The notes beneath the pieces are model-generated. The model ran no database searches and had not been told where the DNA came from. It saw nothing but the letters and a program-made list of their open reading frames with translations. The translations under genes were made by a program, and so were the position numbers. Below are positions 29,609 through 44,862 of a DNA stretch of 64,000 nt, piece by piece (within the stretch, counting starts at the first letter, position 1; each line of letters starts with the position of its first letter). The stretch lies in NCBI RefSeq assembly GCF_009914755.1, contig NC_060929.1. One strand, written 5' to 3'. Origin of the DNA: the human T2T-CHM13v2.0 reference genome, Homo sapiens.

Positions 29609-29967
29609 TGTCTTAGTTATTTAGGCTATTATAACAAAATTCTATAAACTGGATAGCTTATAAAGAGCAGAAATTTATTTCTCAGTTCTAGAGGCTGGTA
29701 ACCCTAAGATCACGGCACTGGTGGATTCAGTGTCCAGTGAGGGTCTGCTTTCTGTTTCATAGATGGTGACTTCTCACCATCTTCACATGAAAGAACAGGC
29801 AAGGCAGCTCTCTGGGAGCATTTTATAAGGGCATTAATCCGATTCATGAGCGCTCCACTCTCACGACCTAACCACCTTCCCAAAGGCCCCAGTTCCTAAT
29901 ACCATGTTGGTGATTAGATTTCAACATATAAATTTTGGGTGGGGGCGCAAACATTCAGAACATAGCA
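29609..29967 (-). mobile_element. MLT1A-like solo LTR
   Basis: TGTCTTAGTTATTTAGGCTATTATAACAAAAT...AAACATTCAGAACATAGCA. Confidence 0.8.
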
Positions 29968-30818
29968 GGACCTTTGCACTATTCCAGAGCAATTTTCTGA
30001 GAACGCTTTTCTCTCAGATATCCACAAACTTCTGTTACTCACTTTTATATGGTGCTATTTACAATCACTGTCCCAGTGAGCCTTTCCTGGGCAGTGTATC
30101 TCAAATTTCAGCCCTGAAACTTTTGATATTTCTTCTCGCTAATTTAGTTTTTTTTTTTTTAAATGTGTCACTTTAAAAATACTTGTTTAATTTATTATGT
30201 TTGTTTTCCACCTCTCCTATTGGAATGTAAGAGATTTTAAATTCACTGGAATTCCAGTGCCTAGAACAGGGTCTGACACACAGAACCACTGTTGTTAAAT
30301 GGGAGAATGAATTAACAGCTCACACTCAAGGGGAAGAAGAGCTGAACTGAGCCAAGCATGCTTAGATTTCCCCAAATTTACCATCAGATCAGGCCCTTCT
30401 CCTAAAGCAGAGTGAGTAAAGGAACAGAAGGTAGGCCACAGGGGCTGTAGTTCACAGAGCACACAAAAGGCAAGATTCAGAATGGGGAGTAAGATATCCT
30501 ATAATATTGTTTTTGTTTCTATATTCTTAATTAAAAGCCAAGATAATGATGTCGTTATAATCTGAGATAATCTAAAACAGGGGCCTTCTAACTACAGCCT
30601 GAGGGCCAAATCTGGCTTGCAACCTGTTTTCCATATGGCCCCTCAGAATTGCTTTTACATTTTGAAAGTATTAAGTAAGGGGATAAGAGAAGGAGGAGGA
30701 AAAGGAGGACAAGGAGAAAAGGGAAGAGAAGCACATCTTTCTCCTCAAGTTCCTAAACCTCCATCAAACAAGCGAGCTTGCCTTTTGAGTTCAATTTTAA
30801 TTTTTCATAAAGAGATGT

Positions 30819-32334
30819 TGTGTCTGGAATTGGTGGGTTCTTGGTCTCACTAACTTCAAGAATGAAGCCGTGGACCCTCGCAGTGAGTGTTACAGTTCTT
30901 AAAGGTGATATGTCCGGAGTTTGTTCCTTCTAATGTTTGGACTTGTTTGGAGTTTCTTCCTTCTGGTGGGTTCCTGGTCTCGCTGGCTTCAGGAGTGAAG
31001 CTGCAGACCTTCACTGTGAGTGTTACAACTCTTAAGGTAGCGCATCTGGAGTTATTCATTCCCCCGGGTAGGTTCATGGTCTCACCGGCCTCAGGAGTGA
31101 AGCTGCAGACCTTAGTGGTGAGTGTTACAGCTCATAAAGGCAGCGTGGACCCAAAGAGTGAGCAGCAGCAAGATTTATTGCAAAGAGCGAAAGAACAACG
31201 CTTCCACAGTGTGGAAAGGGAACCAGCGGGTTGCCATTGCTAGCTCAGGCAGCCTGCTTTTATTCCCTTATCTGGCCCCACCCACATCCTGCTGATTGGT
31301 CCATTTTACAGAGGGTGATTGGTCTGTTTTACAGAGAGCTGATTGGTCCGTTTTGACAGGGTGCTGATTGGTGTGTTTACAATCCCTGAGCTAGACACAA
31401 AAGTTCTCCAAGTCCCCACAGAGCACTGATTGGTGTATTTACAGACCTTGAGCTAGGCACAGGATGCTGATTGGTGTGTTTACAAACCTTGAGCTAGACA
31501 CAGAGTGCTGATTGGTGCATCCACAATCCCTTAGCTAGACATAAAGGTTCTCCAAGTCCCCACCAGATAAGCTAGATACAGAGTGCTGATTGGTGCATTT
31601 ATAAACCTTGAGCTAGACATAGAGTGCTGATTGGTGTATTGACAATCCCTTAGCTAGACATAAAGGTTCTCCAAGTCCCCACTAGACTCAGGAGCCCAGC
31701 TGACTTCACCTAGTGGATCCCGCACTGGGGCCGCAGGTGGAGCTGCCCGCCAGTCCCACGCTGTGCGCCCACACTTCTCAGCCCTTGGGCTTTGGATGGG
31801 ACCGGGTGCCACGGAGCAGGGGGTGGCACTCCTCAGGGAGGCTCAGGCTGCACAGGAGCCCATGGCAGCGGGGAGGCTCAGGCATGGCAGGCTGCAGGTC
31901 CCGAGCCCTGCCCCACCGGGAGGCAGCTAAAGTCCGGCGAGAATTTGAGAGCAGCACCAGCAGGCCGGCATTGCTGGGGGACCCAGCGCCACCCCCGCAG
32001 CTGCTGGCTCAGGTGCTAAGCCCCTCACTGCCCGGGACCGGCAGTGCTGTCTAGCCTCTCCGAGTGCGGGGCCTGCCAAGCCCATGCCCACCCGGAACTC
32101 CCGCTGGCCCGCAATCGCGGCGCACAGCCCCGGTTCCCGCCCGCGCCTCTGCCTCCACAACTCCCTGCAAGCTGAGGGAGCTGGCTCCAGCCTCAGCCAG
32201 CCCAGAGAGGGGCCCCCACAGTGCAGTGGTGGGCTGAAGGGCTCCTCAAGCATGGCCAGAGTGGACGCCGAGGCCGAGGAGGCACTGAGAGCAAGTGAGG
32301 GCTGTGAGGGCTGCCAGCACACTGTCACCTCTCA
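30819..32334 (-). mobile_element. LTR12 (LTR12C/D-like, HERV9) solo LTR with 4-bp TSD ATGT
   Basis: Element strand TGAGAGGTGACAG...CCAATTCCAGACACA, with ATGT at 30815-30818 and 32335-32338. GC/CpG-rich U3 and tandem U5 repeats. Confidence 0.95.
31254..31640 (-). promoter_or_regulatory. LTR12 promoter/enhancer: nine CCAAT (NF-Y) boxes and an AATAAA TATA-like box
   Basis: Nine TGATTGGT motifs between 31293 and 31635; CTTTTATT at about 31257-31263. Confidence 0.8.
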
Positions 32335-34299
32335 ATGTCATTTGTATAATCAGGCCATATTAAAAAACGAGACACACACACACAGAGACACACACATATA
32401 CATACCGCTGTCTTCAGGAAGCATTGGAGGACTTTGAAATTGAGAGAGATTCTGCATTTACCCCCAGTCCCAGTGGGAAAAATGGTGCTTCCTCATGACG
32501 TATTTCTAGGCCCTGCATGATAAGCAGCAGGGTCGTGCCTGTCCTTCACTTTTCTTCCAGCTGGGGACATCAGGTGCTCTCTGTAAGGGCACTTTGAAGA
32601 ATAGGCTGACACTGCAGTGCACTTGGGAAATGGTGTTTGAGAGACAATAAAAGGGGCCCTGGCTTAAAGTACATTAAGGGATCACAGGAGTACATCTTGA
32701 CTGCATTTTCAGATCTTTTGATTCAAAGACACACATCTTCTTATCTCCCAAGGGGTGAGGCCAACCTAGCAGAGAATATAGACAGAGCGTAGCAAATAAT
32801 CTTGCCAACCGCACATCAGAGATAATTAGTGAGAACACTGTAAGGGGTTCCTTGACTGCCTCAGTGCAGGGTAAAAATGGATCAGGGAGGAAACGCAGGG
32901 TGTGTGCTGAGCCACCAGCCTAGGTGTGCGAGTCAAGCGTGCACCACGGTGGCACTGAAATGGTTAACTGCCCACTGGGCCTACACTGGGAAGCAGAGGG
33001 ATGTTATATTCTCACTGTCTGGCAGCGTTGCTTGTCTACTACCTTCAGATATTTCACTCAGCGGTCTTTTCCACAGAATAATAAAAGGCTAGAGCCTGTG
33101 AGAATGCATGAGTCTGGGCAAAAAGAAGGCCAAATCGAATCCTTGAAACAAAAACAGGTTTGGACTACATGTGCAGTTCAGACTCAAACCATCCTAGTTC
33201 CACTACATACATACATACAACATACATACATATATATGTATATAATTGCATGTGTTACTTTTTAAATAGAATTTTAGATTATTAACCATAAAGGACAGGC
33301 ATATAGAAAATTAATTAATATAAATACTCAAAACTGTGAAAGGAAAAGAAAGTGAATATGGGAAATTGAAGGCTTAGGAATAGTTGTGATGAACTTTCAA
33401 ATTTCCTTCAGAGTTCCCTGTTAGGCAACTTTACTTTTCCAGGTAAAGCCACATGCATCTAGCGTCTAGTAAATCTCTGTGAGTCGTTAAAGAAACACCA
33501 TAGAATGTAGACTTCTCATTCCCTTCTGTAGCCAATTGCCAGGAAACTCACAGCACGTATTCCCTCCAAAAGTGTCCTGGCTTTCTAATCAGAGATGCCT
33601 CTCTATTAGCAATGCTAAATAGAATAAATCTTGCCAATGAAGTTTTTATTAGGAGTAGTGTCCATGGAGCCACATTTTATCACAGACTGCCAAATAATAA
33701 AGAGGGAAATGGTCAGAGAGGAAAATTCTAACATAGCTGGGGGCTGCCTTTTTTTCTTGTATTTTTTCCAATTCTTTTCAAACTTACTTGCTTACGAGAG
33801 ATACTGTGTTTTATTATTGTATTTTATTCACTCCCATCATTCCCCTGAAATTTAATTGGACTGCTTTCTCACCTTGCACACCCTATTCACTCGCTCCACA
33901 TGCTCTGCCTTCTTTCCTGCAGAAATGAAAGAAGAAGGGGGAAGATTTCTTTGAAGTTGTTTCAGCTCCCACGAGAGTGCACACACTATCTCGTTATCAA
34001 AAAATCACTTTTAGTGCAACTGTAGACATAGCGAAGTATGTTAACCACAACTCCGAGGGCTTTCAGACTTATCTTTGTTCTTTAAAATTGGGTTTGATTT
34101 GATTAATAGATGACACCGCAGGGTATATGCCAATAATCCTGATATTTAACATTAAATATAATTTTAAATTGCTGTAGCTGCTACCTAAGATTATTTCTGT
34201 GGGCCTTTTTTCTTTACAGCACACTTTGCAGTTGTATGGAACCAAGTGTCGGGCCTCTGCTTAGACTTCCAGACTTTATTCAACAAGTCCGTTGCAATA

Positions 34300-35300
34300 T
34301 CACAAAGTCATCTCAAGTTTCAACATATTCAAGAATGAATCACAATGTCCTCACCACATTTTGCCCTCATTCAGTGACCCTGTCCCAATGAATCACACTG
34401 CCTTCCATTCATTTGCACAAACCCCAAAACCAGAAGTTATATTTGGGAACACCGTAATGCTTATCCCAAGTCAAATCCATTGCAAAGTCCTGTTTACCAT
34501 ACCTCTTAAATGGCTTCCAAATATATTGTTTCTTCTTTCATTCCACATCATCTTTGTCTGTGATACTATAGTATTTAACGTTTGTTCTGGTATAATGCCC
34601 ATCTGTTTTCTACAAGGTAGCCAGGGTTATTTAAAAATGTAACCCTGATCAGGGTACTTTGTACCCACATTCCACTCATATACACACAATGTGTAAACTG
34701 CAGAAATGATTTCCCTTTCTTCTTAGAATCAAGGACAAAACCTTCAACATATTATTCATGACCCCTACCTGGGTCAGACCCTGCCTACATCTTAATTCTC
34801 ATCCCCATTCTTTAATTCTTTCCCACCCCTCTACTCCTGATCCAGCCACACTTTTCTTTTGATTTTCCCAACACTGTATTCTCATTCCTGCCACAGAACC
34901 TTCTCATGTAACTGTACTTCCACGTGGAACTATAGCCCCTCCAGCCAAACCCTTTCTGAATAACTATAGACTTATCCTTTAGGTCTTAGCTAAGTGTCCC
35001 TTCTCTTGGCCCTCAGGCTAAGCCATATTCTTCTCTTACACTCTCCCCAAATTCTTTCCTTTAGATCACTTATGTGAGTTGTAACTATATTCTTGGTAGT
35101 ATAACTTCTAAATATAACTTCAGTAGTATAACTTCTAAATTAATCTGCATCTCTCTTATGAGACTGTAAACTCCATATGATAAGAAGTTGTGATGTTTGA
35201 TTACCATTCTATCCCAGTATCTAAAAGTGCATCTGGTACTAGCAGTCAATTAACTGACTGAATGAATAAATAAATGATTTTATAATAAATGAATAAATAA
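34300..35300 (+). mobile_element. L2 3' portion
   Basis: CATCTCAAGTTTCAACATATTC...AGACTGTAAACTCCAT...TGACTGAATGAATAAATAAATGA tail. Confidence 0.7.
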
Positions 35301-36041
35301 ATAATTTAAAAAACACATTTGTATACTCTGCCTTAGATTTGCAGAAGTCTGTGGGTTAGGTTTCCAGACTATATTTTTAAGAGATATCTCAATATGGTTT
35401 TGATGTAGCCATGGTTGGGAACCACTGTCTTAGAAAATGTCTAGACTACATAACATGGAAACTTTGAAATAACTTCCCAGTAGGTGATTATCTGAACTCT
35501 TATTAGGCATTTTTGGTTTGGGGGAGAGCAGAGTGAGGTGAGATATAAGGAGGAGGGAAGCCAGGTGGGCAGTATGCAGTGGGGAGTTGCCACTTAAAAA
35601 GTGTCTATTTCATTTGAGAAGAGCTGTCATTGTTAAACAATTTTATTTAATGCAGTCAACACCATAAGTCTCACTTTACTGACCCCAGATTTTCTCTGAT
35701 ATAGCAGAGAATAGATCCAGTCTGCCTTGTAGAGGTCAGTCCTTTAAATATTGGAAGCATTTATGTGGTATTATAATTTTTTTTTAATGACACCAAACAT
35801 GCACAGTCCTTTAATAGTTCTTTGTGTGACATGGTTTCCAGACTCTAACCTTTTCCAGATGCATTCCAACTTGCCAACATCTCTCCTAAAATCGCCATTC
35901 AGAAACTGCTACCTTCATACTTCCAAACTGTAAAGTCATCTTGCTTCTTTAGATGACTTCAACCTTGAAGGCACCATGTCACAAAACTGGCTCATGTAGA
36001 GTATGTAGGTAATTGATATTCTTATGACTTTTTTTGTATAA

Positions 36042-36418
<377 letters not shown>

Positions 36419-37277
36419 TGCTAACCTATAATTTTGATGAGTATGCTAACTTTTAATCATAATTTTGATTAATTTTTACAAAGATTATATCGAAGGAGAG
36501 AGAACACTATGGGGTCACTCCTATGGTCCTCTCACCAAGTTAATGTTGATTAGAGAATTGACATTCTGTAGATATTTGCTCAAAAAGCTGTAGTTGCCTT
36601 TAGTTCTGTTGCCTTTATGTAGTTTATGTAGTTGCCTTTAGTTCTGTATCTGTTAGAATTGTAAAATGTTATAATGTTTCCCAAGGCCAGAGAAAATGTT
36701 GTGTGATATGGGAAGAGGACTTAGTTACCTTAATTTCATAATTTAGTTTTTATTTCTTCCTTGTCTTATAAAAGTATAAACACTTAGTAAGCAGTATATC
36801 TGGTAAATATCAACACCGTTTCCTTCATTAAGCACAAAATTTAGGGGTCAGAATATCTTCCAATTTCCCTCTATTTGCCATGTTTATGACTGCTTTTGCA
36901 CACTATGGTCAGTCATTCTCAGTAAAAAGCTATGGTGTATATCATCTCTGCAACTACCTACTCTAATATGTCATGAATTTAAGTGGGATTGGAAGTAAGC
37001 ACTGAAGTGAGATTACATTGACCTCTTAATATTGCCTTTCACAGTTTAATCTCATTGTATTGTTTAGAATGAGTAACTATTGTTCCTAGTTGTGGTGATA
37101 TCCACACCACAGATATTAAAAGAAAAAAAAGCATTGTAACGTTTCACTGTTTCCAATACCTTACTTGGGAGTCATTACCTCGTTCTGGAGCCTATTTAGT
37201 AATTATTTCAGAAAATATTTAATTACTTTAATTCTTTCCAGGAGGAACTTCCATAAATTATTATACCATGAAAAATG

Positions 37278-37510
37278 GTGGAATGGTGGTATAGAAAGAA
37301 AACTAAATTTGAAGTCAGGGTACCTTAATTTCTGTTTGAACTCTTTTACCATATGTAGTTGTGTGACTTGAAGAGTTAACATAACGTATCTAAGCCACAG
37401 TTTTCTCACTTGAAATTATGCTTGTTTCAAGGAGTTATTAAGCAAATGAAGGACTGTATGTAAAAGTGCTATGAGAAACATAATATGCTGTATGAATGTA
37501 AGATATTAAT
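37278..37510 (+). mobile_element. MIR
   Basis: Core TGTGTGACTTGAAGAGTTAACATAACGTATCTAAGCCACAGTTTTCTCACTTG. Confidence 0.7.
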
Positions 37511-39307
37511 ATTATGAAGAAAGCAATGCTAGGATATCAACTTTAGGAATATATAAGAAACTTCTGAGATTTTTTAAACCTGTTCTATTAAAAAAAAAAT
37601 CAGAGCAATAAGACTGCAAACAAAGTTGTTTCGAACCCACACTTAGAATCTAAATAGGAAATCACAGAATACTATAGACTTCCAACTATGAGTAAGTAGG
37701 AAATCAACACCTGAGAGCAGCAGAGGAAGCTTCAGAGTGCCCCAGAAAGGAAAGGTGACAGAAACTATATGGAAACAAAGAAGAGAAGAGAATCCTAATA
37801 CAACAGAAAACATAAAAGTCATCCCCTAGAAAGAGAGACTAATACCCTAAATCCTACCTTACAGCAGTCCTGAGACTTGGTGGTTCAGAGCCCTGGCTGC
37901 TGAGGAATCCATAGGAAGAGACTTAAGAATGTGCTGGATAAGGGGTAGAAATCTCAAAAAGGCACCGCTTCTGGGAACAGGGGGGTGACTTGGAAAGGGA
38001 AGGGCTGCTTGGGAGGTTTGGTGGTAAAGAGGAAGAAGGAAGCAAGTCTTGTAACTTAAGGGGTTTGCAGAAATAGATGAATTCCCCAAATCGGAAGACA
38101 TAAAATACCTTCACCCATCAAAACCAAGCACTATTAATTTTTAAAAATTATAATTCAATATACAAATAGAAGAGGGCATCCTCCACACACTAAGAAACCC
38201 TGTAACCCAAACATACTGCTCACCCCTGCTTATACACATCATTATTGCCAATGCAGAAAAAGACATTTCAAAATTAGCATAAATTAGACAACGTTCATAC
38301 AGAAGTATTATACATAAGAAAAGAGAATTGAAAGATAAGAATCAGATGTTTGTTGCTAAAAATTCTTTAACAAAAATGAAGCAGGTGAAAACTACACCAT
38401 AACACCACAACCTGAATTAAATATGCTTAAATGAGCATTTGTAGATATGAACAAAATATGTCAAATCAGAAATTCAAAAATGAAGAACCAAAATGGACCA
38501 AAAAGAGAAATATAAATTGTGAGTGACTGAACTAAGGAAAGAAATTGAAGAACAATATGAAATAAATATGGAAATAAAGACTAAGTTGCGAAATGTTCAA
38601 GAGAGAATAGATCCAACTAGAAATATAACAGAAGACATCGAAGGAAAAGATAAAAATAGCCAAAAGATGAAAAATGAAATAAAGAGATAAAAGGAATCAG
38701 AGAAACAATGACAGATATAGAAGATAGATCCAACATCTACATAACTTGAGACTTTGAAAAAGAAAATTGAAACAATGAAATAGAACTAATATTTCAGGTT
38801 ATAATCTAAGAACATTTTCTAGAAAGAAAAGCATACTCTTAGACATTGAAAGCTTCCACTATACTCCTAAGAAGATGTAACCAGGCTAGTCAATTCTAGG
38901 ATGCAGCTTAACAAAACAAAGTATGTATTCTGACATAGTAGAAATTCAACAAAAACACTGGAGGAGGAAAAGACAGAAAGAGAACTAGATAAACTCACTG
39001 ATTATCATGTAATAGAGGCAGTCAATATTTGAAGCTGTCAAAACACATAGTAGATGTCTAAATAAGAGAAAGGAGGACTAAGTGTATTATACAAATGATT
39101 AACATAGACGTAACCACTAGCACAAAAACACAAATCTTTCTAGTAAATAAAAGCACTATAGGAAAAGGGTCAAGGAAAATAGAGCACATAGGGAAATGAA
39201 TACAAGTAAATATAACATAGAATAAAACAACCAAGCTGAGACCAAACATTTTGTCATATAAATAATGCAAAATGGGCTTATCTCACATTTTAAAAAATTC
39301 AGATTTG

Positions 39308-39615
<308 letters not shown>

Positions 39616-39978
39616 CAGATTTGTTCATAAAGCAAAACCCTATTATATGCTGAATGCAACAGACACATCTGAAAGTAAGTGATTCAGAAAAGATACAAAG
39701 AAATGGATGGGAAACTATATAACATGAGATTACAAATAATAAGGAATCAGGGATGGCAATCCTGAATTCTACAAGGTAGAATTCAGACCAAAAGGTGGTA
39801 AATGTGACAAAGACTTTTATAATGCTAAAAATCTCAATTCACAATGAATATATAGTAGTTTGAATATATAAGAACCAAATAGAAGCCTATCACTAATAAT
39901 AAGGACTTTAAAGCCTTCTTGTTTCCTTCTTTCCCTTCATATCAAGCCTCCAAATTATCTTTCTCCCTTCAAGTAAAC

Positions 39979-40170
39979 CAGTGATTCTCAATTTTATTCT
40001 ATGTTGGAATCATCTGAGGAACTGATAAATACTGATGTAGTAAATGTGTTGGGATACTGTGATCTCACACTCAGGGATTCTGATTTAATTGATATGGGAT
40101 GTTACTGAGCCCTAAGAATTTTAAAAGTTTCCCAATTGCTTCCAATGTGCTTAGAAGGTTAAAACCAGTA
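39979..40170. mobile_element. MER5-type hAT MITE
   Basis: CAGTGATTCTCAA...GGAATCATCTG...GATTCTGATTTAATTG...GTTAAAACCAGT. Confidence 0.65.
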
Positions 40171-41670
40171 AAGCAGAGGTCTAAAGATTGGAAAGGAAAT
40201 AGTGAAACAATGGGAAAATAATATTCAAAATAACAAGCAAGTAGATAAAATACAGTACTTAGCAAAAAATTAATAAGAAGTGGACAAAATTATAGGAAGA
40301 AGGGTAAGTTAAACAAATAAAAAGATATTTTTTCATCTTGAATAGGATGAAGAATCATTATACATATTTCAATTGTCTCTAAGATAAAATACAAATTGCA
40401 TATAGTCCCAGTAAACACACTAGCAAGCTTTCTGGGAGCTAGACTAGCTAATTCTAACATTCATATAAAAAACATGAGAATAACTTGGAAACTTCTAGAA
40501 AAGCAATGAGTGTTGACTAGCCCTAATATAGTAAAACAAATTATAAAAACACAATAAATTAATATAGTGTGATATTGGTGAGAGAATAGACTGACCAATA
40601 GAACAGAATAGGAAGTACAGAAATAGATATCAAAACATATAGAAATTTAGCGAGTAATAAAGTATATCAAGTAACTGGGGGAAAAGATGGACTTTACAAC
40701 AAATGTTCTTGAGGCAACTCAAAAATGATGATTTGGGGCTCATAACTTATATCAAATTGAAAAGAGTTCTAAATGTAAAAACTGATGTGGAAGTACTAGA
40801 ATAAAACATGGATGACTTTCTTTACAACCTGTACATGAAAAAGCTTTTCTGATTATAATTCAAAATTCAGTTGCAATAAAAGAAAAGATGAATAAATTCT
40901 ACTTAAAAATGTTTGCATTTCAAACATCATCAAAGTCAAAGAATAGGTACAAATTTGGGAGAAAACAATTGTAACATGTATAACATAAAAGGCTAATTTC
41001 CCTATTATATGAAGAAATGAAAATGAGGAAAAAACCAACCTGATAAAGAATGGACAAAATATATAGACAGCTCACAGAAAAAGTTAAAACAAGTGTCTTT
41101 TAAAATGTGAAAAGATACTCAACTTCATGAAGAGAAATGCATGTTAAAACTAAAATTAAACTGAAATATCAATGTATCAATAAAAATTAGTCCTCTTACT
41201 ACCCAGGTTTATAAATATAATTCTGCAGAAAATGAAACCAGATATCTTTGGTAAAACCTTAGATTCCAGATTTAGGGCAGAAAAAGGATACAATTCTAGA
41301 AAGCAAAAAAGTACTTTCAGATTAGCAGGGCAATGCCAGATGGGCACAGGAGTCAGCTTAAAATGGCTACCATTGGTTAAATTTGGAATAATTAGAGCAT
41401 CATAAAAATAATGAAAGTAATGAATTATGTCACATTGAATATTTTGAAAGGATCTATGAATCCATAATGATACTCAAGAGAGAAAGAGGGAGAGAGAAAG
41501 AGAAAGGAAAAAATAAAGGAGCTCTTCTTTCAGAAGAATGCCATTTACTAAATGAGAAAGGATTGATGGAATTAGTAAGTACCACCACATACAACTCCCA
41601 GTATAAAACTTAATTTAGGCAAGGATCAGCAATACATGCTAAAATGATTGGATGCAATTTTGGGATGGGG

Positions 41671-42065
41671 GGTATTAATTTTCTATTGCTATTCCTACAA
41701 ATTACCAAAATCTTAGTGGTTTAAAACAATGCAAATTTGTTATCTTATGGTTCTGCAGGTTAAAAGTCTGACATGGATCTCTAACTGGGATAAAATCAAG
41801 GTCTTGGCAGGGCTGCATTCCCCTTATGTAGGTCCCGGGGGGATCCTGTTTCCTCGCTTTTTCCAGCTTCTAGAGGCTGTCTACATTTTTTGGCTTGTGA
41901 CCCCTTCCTCCATCTTAAAGGCAAGCAATGTTATATCTCTCTGACCATCTTTCCTTAGTGGCACAAGGAACCTAGCCTAACCCATCCCCAAACCTAGCAT
42001 ATTAACAGATTTCAAGGATTAGGACACTGACATCTTTGGAAAGGGACATTATTCTGTCTACCACG
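41671..42065 (-). mobile_element. MLT1C/D-like LTR
   Basis: TATTAATTTTCTATTGCT...CTTAGTGGTTTAAAACAA...GGATTAGGACA...ATTATTCTGTCTACCAC. Confidence 0.75.
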
Positions 42066-44827
42066 ATAGGGGATTGGGGAAGGAAATTCCTATGTTTTCA
42101 AAGTTTTACACCCCAGATTACTTATTGACTACAAAGGGACAAAAGTACCTTTACAAGGGAGCAATCTTGGATACCAACTAAATTCGGGCTCAAATGTAGT
42201 CTCACCAATAGCAATGGGACAAATGGCCATTATTGGCCTATGATGTCAAATCAGTAGGAAGAACATTAACTCACCTATGTAGCATTTTTGTCAAAAGCAC
42301 TTAATCTAAACGTGAGAAAAGAAATAAACAAATCCATATTGTGACACATTCTACAAACGATTGGCCTGGATTCTTCAAAAATTTCAATGGTATGAAAAAA
42401 ATAGTAAGTGGATTGTTGCAGATTAAAGAAGACTCAGATATGTGACAGTTCAATGAAAGGAATTATTCTTGATTATTCTTGGATCCTGGATTAAAGCTGA
42501 AAATCAGCAAAAAGACTATTTTTAGACAATTAGAAAATTTTAAATATAGGCTGTTTAATACATAAAATTAATTTATCCATATTAAATACTTGGATATGAT
42601 CACAACTTTGTAGCTATGTGAGAGAATGCCCCTGTTCTGAAGAGATAGTATTTAGGGGTGGAATGTCATGATGTCTTCAGCATATTTTCAAATAGTGCAG
42701 CAGAAAAGGAGGGGAGTGTGTAAGATGTGTGTGGGAGAGAAGGTAGAGAAAAAGAGGTAGAGAAAAGGTGAGTGTGAAAAAAACGTTATCCTGTGGTGAA
42801 ACTGAGTGGTGAAAGATCAGCTTGATTGGCTGGAGTTTTTGCTTGTGCTTACTATGTGCTCAGTTTGACTGTGGTGCCCTGAAAAAAATCAGCTGTCATC
42901 TCATTGTTTTAAACATTCAACGTTTCAACCTTAGACAAATAGTGAGCCCTTACTCTTCTGAAAACAGAACCTTTTCCTACTGTATATTTTTAAATTTTAT
43001 ATCTATTGCCAATATTTTAAAGTTGGCTTAAATGCTTCACACCTTAGACTTTAATTAATTGGCTACCATGAACTTCTCTGGTCAGAAAATGCTTTTTTTT
43101 TTCCTTCTTTTAAGACTTCTTTGAAGCTTTGCTCCCCTATAAGCGGATGGTTAAAATGGATATAGTACGTTTTCTTCCCTCTTTCATGCCTAATGGAATC
43201 TTTTCTCTACCCAAGATAAGATAATACCTGCAATTTCTCTCATAGCACCAAATGCACAGATGTGATGATTTGTTTATAAACTGCGTTCCATAACAGGAGA
43301 GATTCTTTCCTGACCTAAATAACGTCTACCACATTGTGGGCATTTCCCATATGGTAGATAAACATAATGAACATTTTTCTAGGCCACATTTTCACATGTT
43401 CTTGAGAATGGAAGCCTTTCAAACCAACTCTTGATCCTTTTTTGAGCATGTAACTTTGATTTCTAAACAGTTGAAGTGAGCATAAGCAGAAAGGACAAAG
43501 TACGGGAGTGTGTACACTCACAAAGCCAGGGTAAATGTTTAAAAAGCCATTCTCTATCATTTCTGTCTATTTTTGTTTCTTATAGAATTTTCCTTATGAT
43601 TTTAGCATTGTGTCACCTGATGAGCTACACAGTTCCTTACTATTCCAGGTGATATGCGACTGGGTTTTGGAGAACTCTTTATTAAAATGCCTGTAAGTCA
43701 TAAAAGCGTACTTTGAAGTAGAACAGTAGGCAGCTGCTTTAGTAAGTTGAAGATCAAAGATGTTGCTATCCCCATGGCCAATGAGAATGAAAACTTGATT
43801 TTTAGTGCCGAAGTGTTTGGAGAGAAGAAATGATTTCTTGCTGATAAAAGAAAGGCTGGAAACGGAGCAAGGAGGCTATGGTCCTATCTCCTTTATGGCA
43901 TGGTTCAAGTATTTCTCCAATAGCCTTCAAGACCTTCTTTTGAATCAGTCTTTTAAAATTTAAAACATTTTATTCAATTCATCACTCATTCTCTTCTCAA
44001 CAGCTGACCCCCTTATCTTTACCCTTGAAAGGGAACACGCTGGTCTGCCCCCTACAGACAGGGCCTCTGAGGCGAGTGTATGCCATTTCTTATTCTTAAC
44101 TGCCCTTTTTCTGATAGAAACCATCCTACATTAGACTATTTTTCTTCCTCATTATTTTCCCATTCATGCTTTGTGAAAGCCTGCAACAGCATTTCAGAAT
44201 AAAAATGCGCACAGCAGCCACTACAAGAAGCTGTGCAATATCATCTTTTCAGACGGACTGTTGACTAGCCATTTGCTTTGTGCTTTAGAGGTTACTGGCT
44301 AGTGAGTGAAATTGAGCCAGTTCAAAATCTCTTGATCATACAACTCCTGGGGTTTTCCTGAATTCCGAAGCAAAAATGGTCAGTTAATCTCAGCACATAG
44401 TGCTAAGGAAGGTAGAAAAGGGATGGGGAAGTGAGACTGGACACAATCCCGTATCAGTGGACCAGTATCTCTGTCCCAGTAGACCTTCCGGGCAGACCTG
44501 GAGAGAACGTCGGCCTTCATGAGGCCTAAAGCAAAGGCATAGTCTTTTTCTAGTGAAGACCCAGTTTGTGTTAAATAATGTACCCATCACTCTATTGATA
44601 TTTAATTCACATTCCAGCACGGTTACCAAGCCATGTGAGAAAAGAGTTTAGATCTGAGGATAATCCGCTTTGTATTCTCTCTCAGAACTAATGGAGATTG
44701 TAGCCTCAGGAACCATTGCTTTTGAAAATTTCAAGAATTCCCACAACTACCCAAATACCACATGGGGATGCCCTGAAGATCTCAGCAAAGTCCAAAGCAG
44801 ATATTACATACTCCATGCCAAATGATG

Positions 44828-44828
44828 G

Positions 44829-44862
<34 letters not shown>
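44828..44862. repeat. (TA)n(TG)n microsatellite
   Basis: Seen directly. Confidence 0.95.

Larger units (their letters stand above)
28190..30312 (+). mobile_element. L2 interrupted by MER4 and MLT1 LTRs
   Basis: CAAACTTAATATGTTTAAACTGAACTC...CAGTTGTTCAGGT/CAAAACCTT continuity across the LTR; 3' end CCAGTGCCTAGAACAGGGTCTGACACA. Confidence 0.7.

Noticed and set aside
30880-31680. CRISPR-like repeat-spacer array
   Set aside because: The repeated units are the known LTR12 U3 CCAAT repeats and U5 tandem repeats. The spacers are not unique and the context is eukaryotic.
31690-32334. CpG-island promoter of a host gene and the GC-rich ORFs 31713-32437
   Set aside because: The GC-rich segment lies within the LTR12 U3, bounded by its TSD. 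The ORFs reflect GC composition.
35096-35140. loxP-like ATAACTTC motifs
   Set aside because: Three direct copies arising from a local tandem duplication (GTAGTATAACTTCTAAAT) within L2. There are no inverted 13-bp arms or 8-bp spacer.
43635-43697. Possible small exon (TTCCAG acceptor, GTAAGT donor)
   Set aside because: Such motif pairs occur by chance in AT-rich DNA, and there is no recognisable peptide or partner exon.
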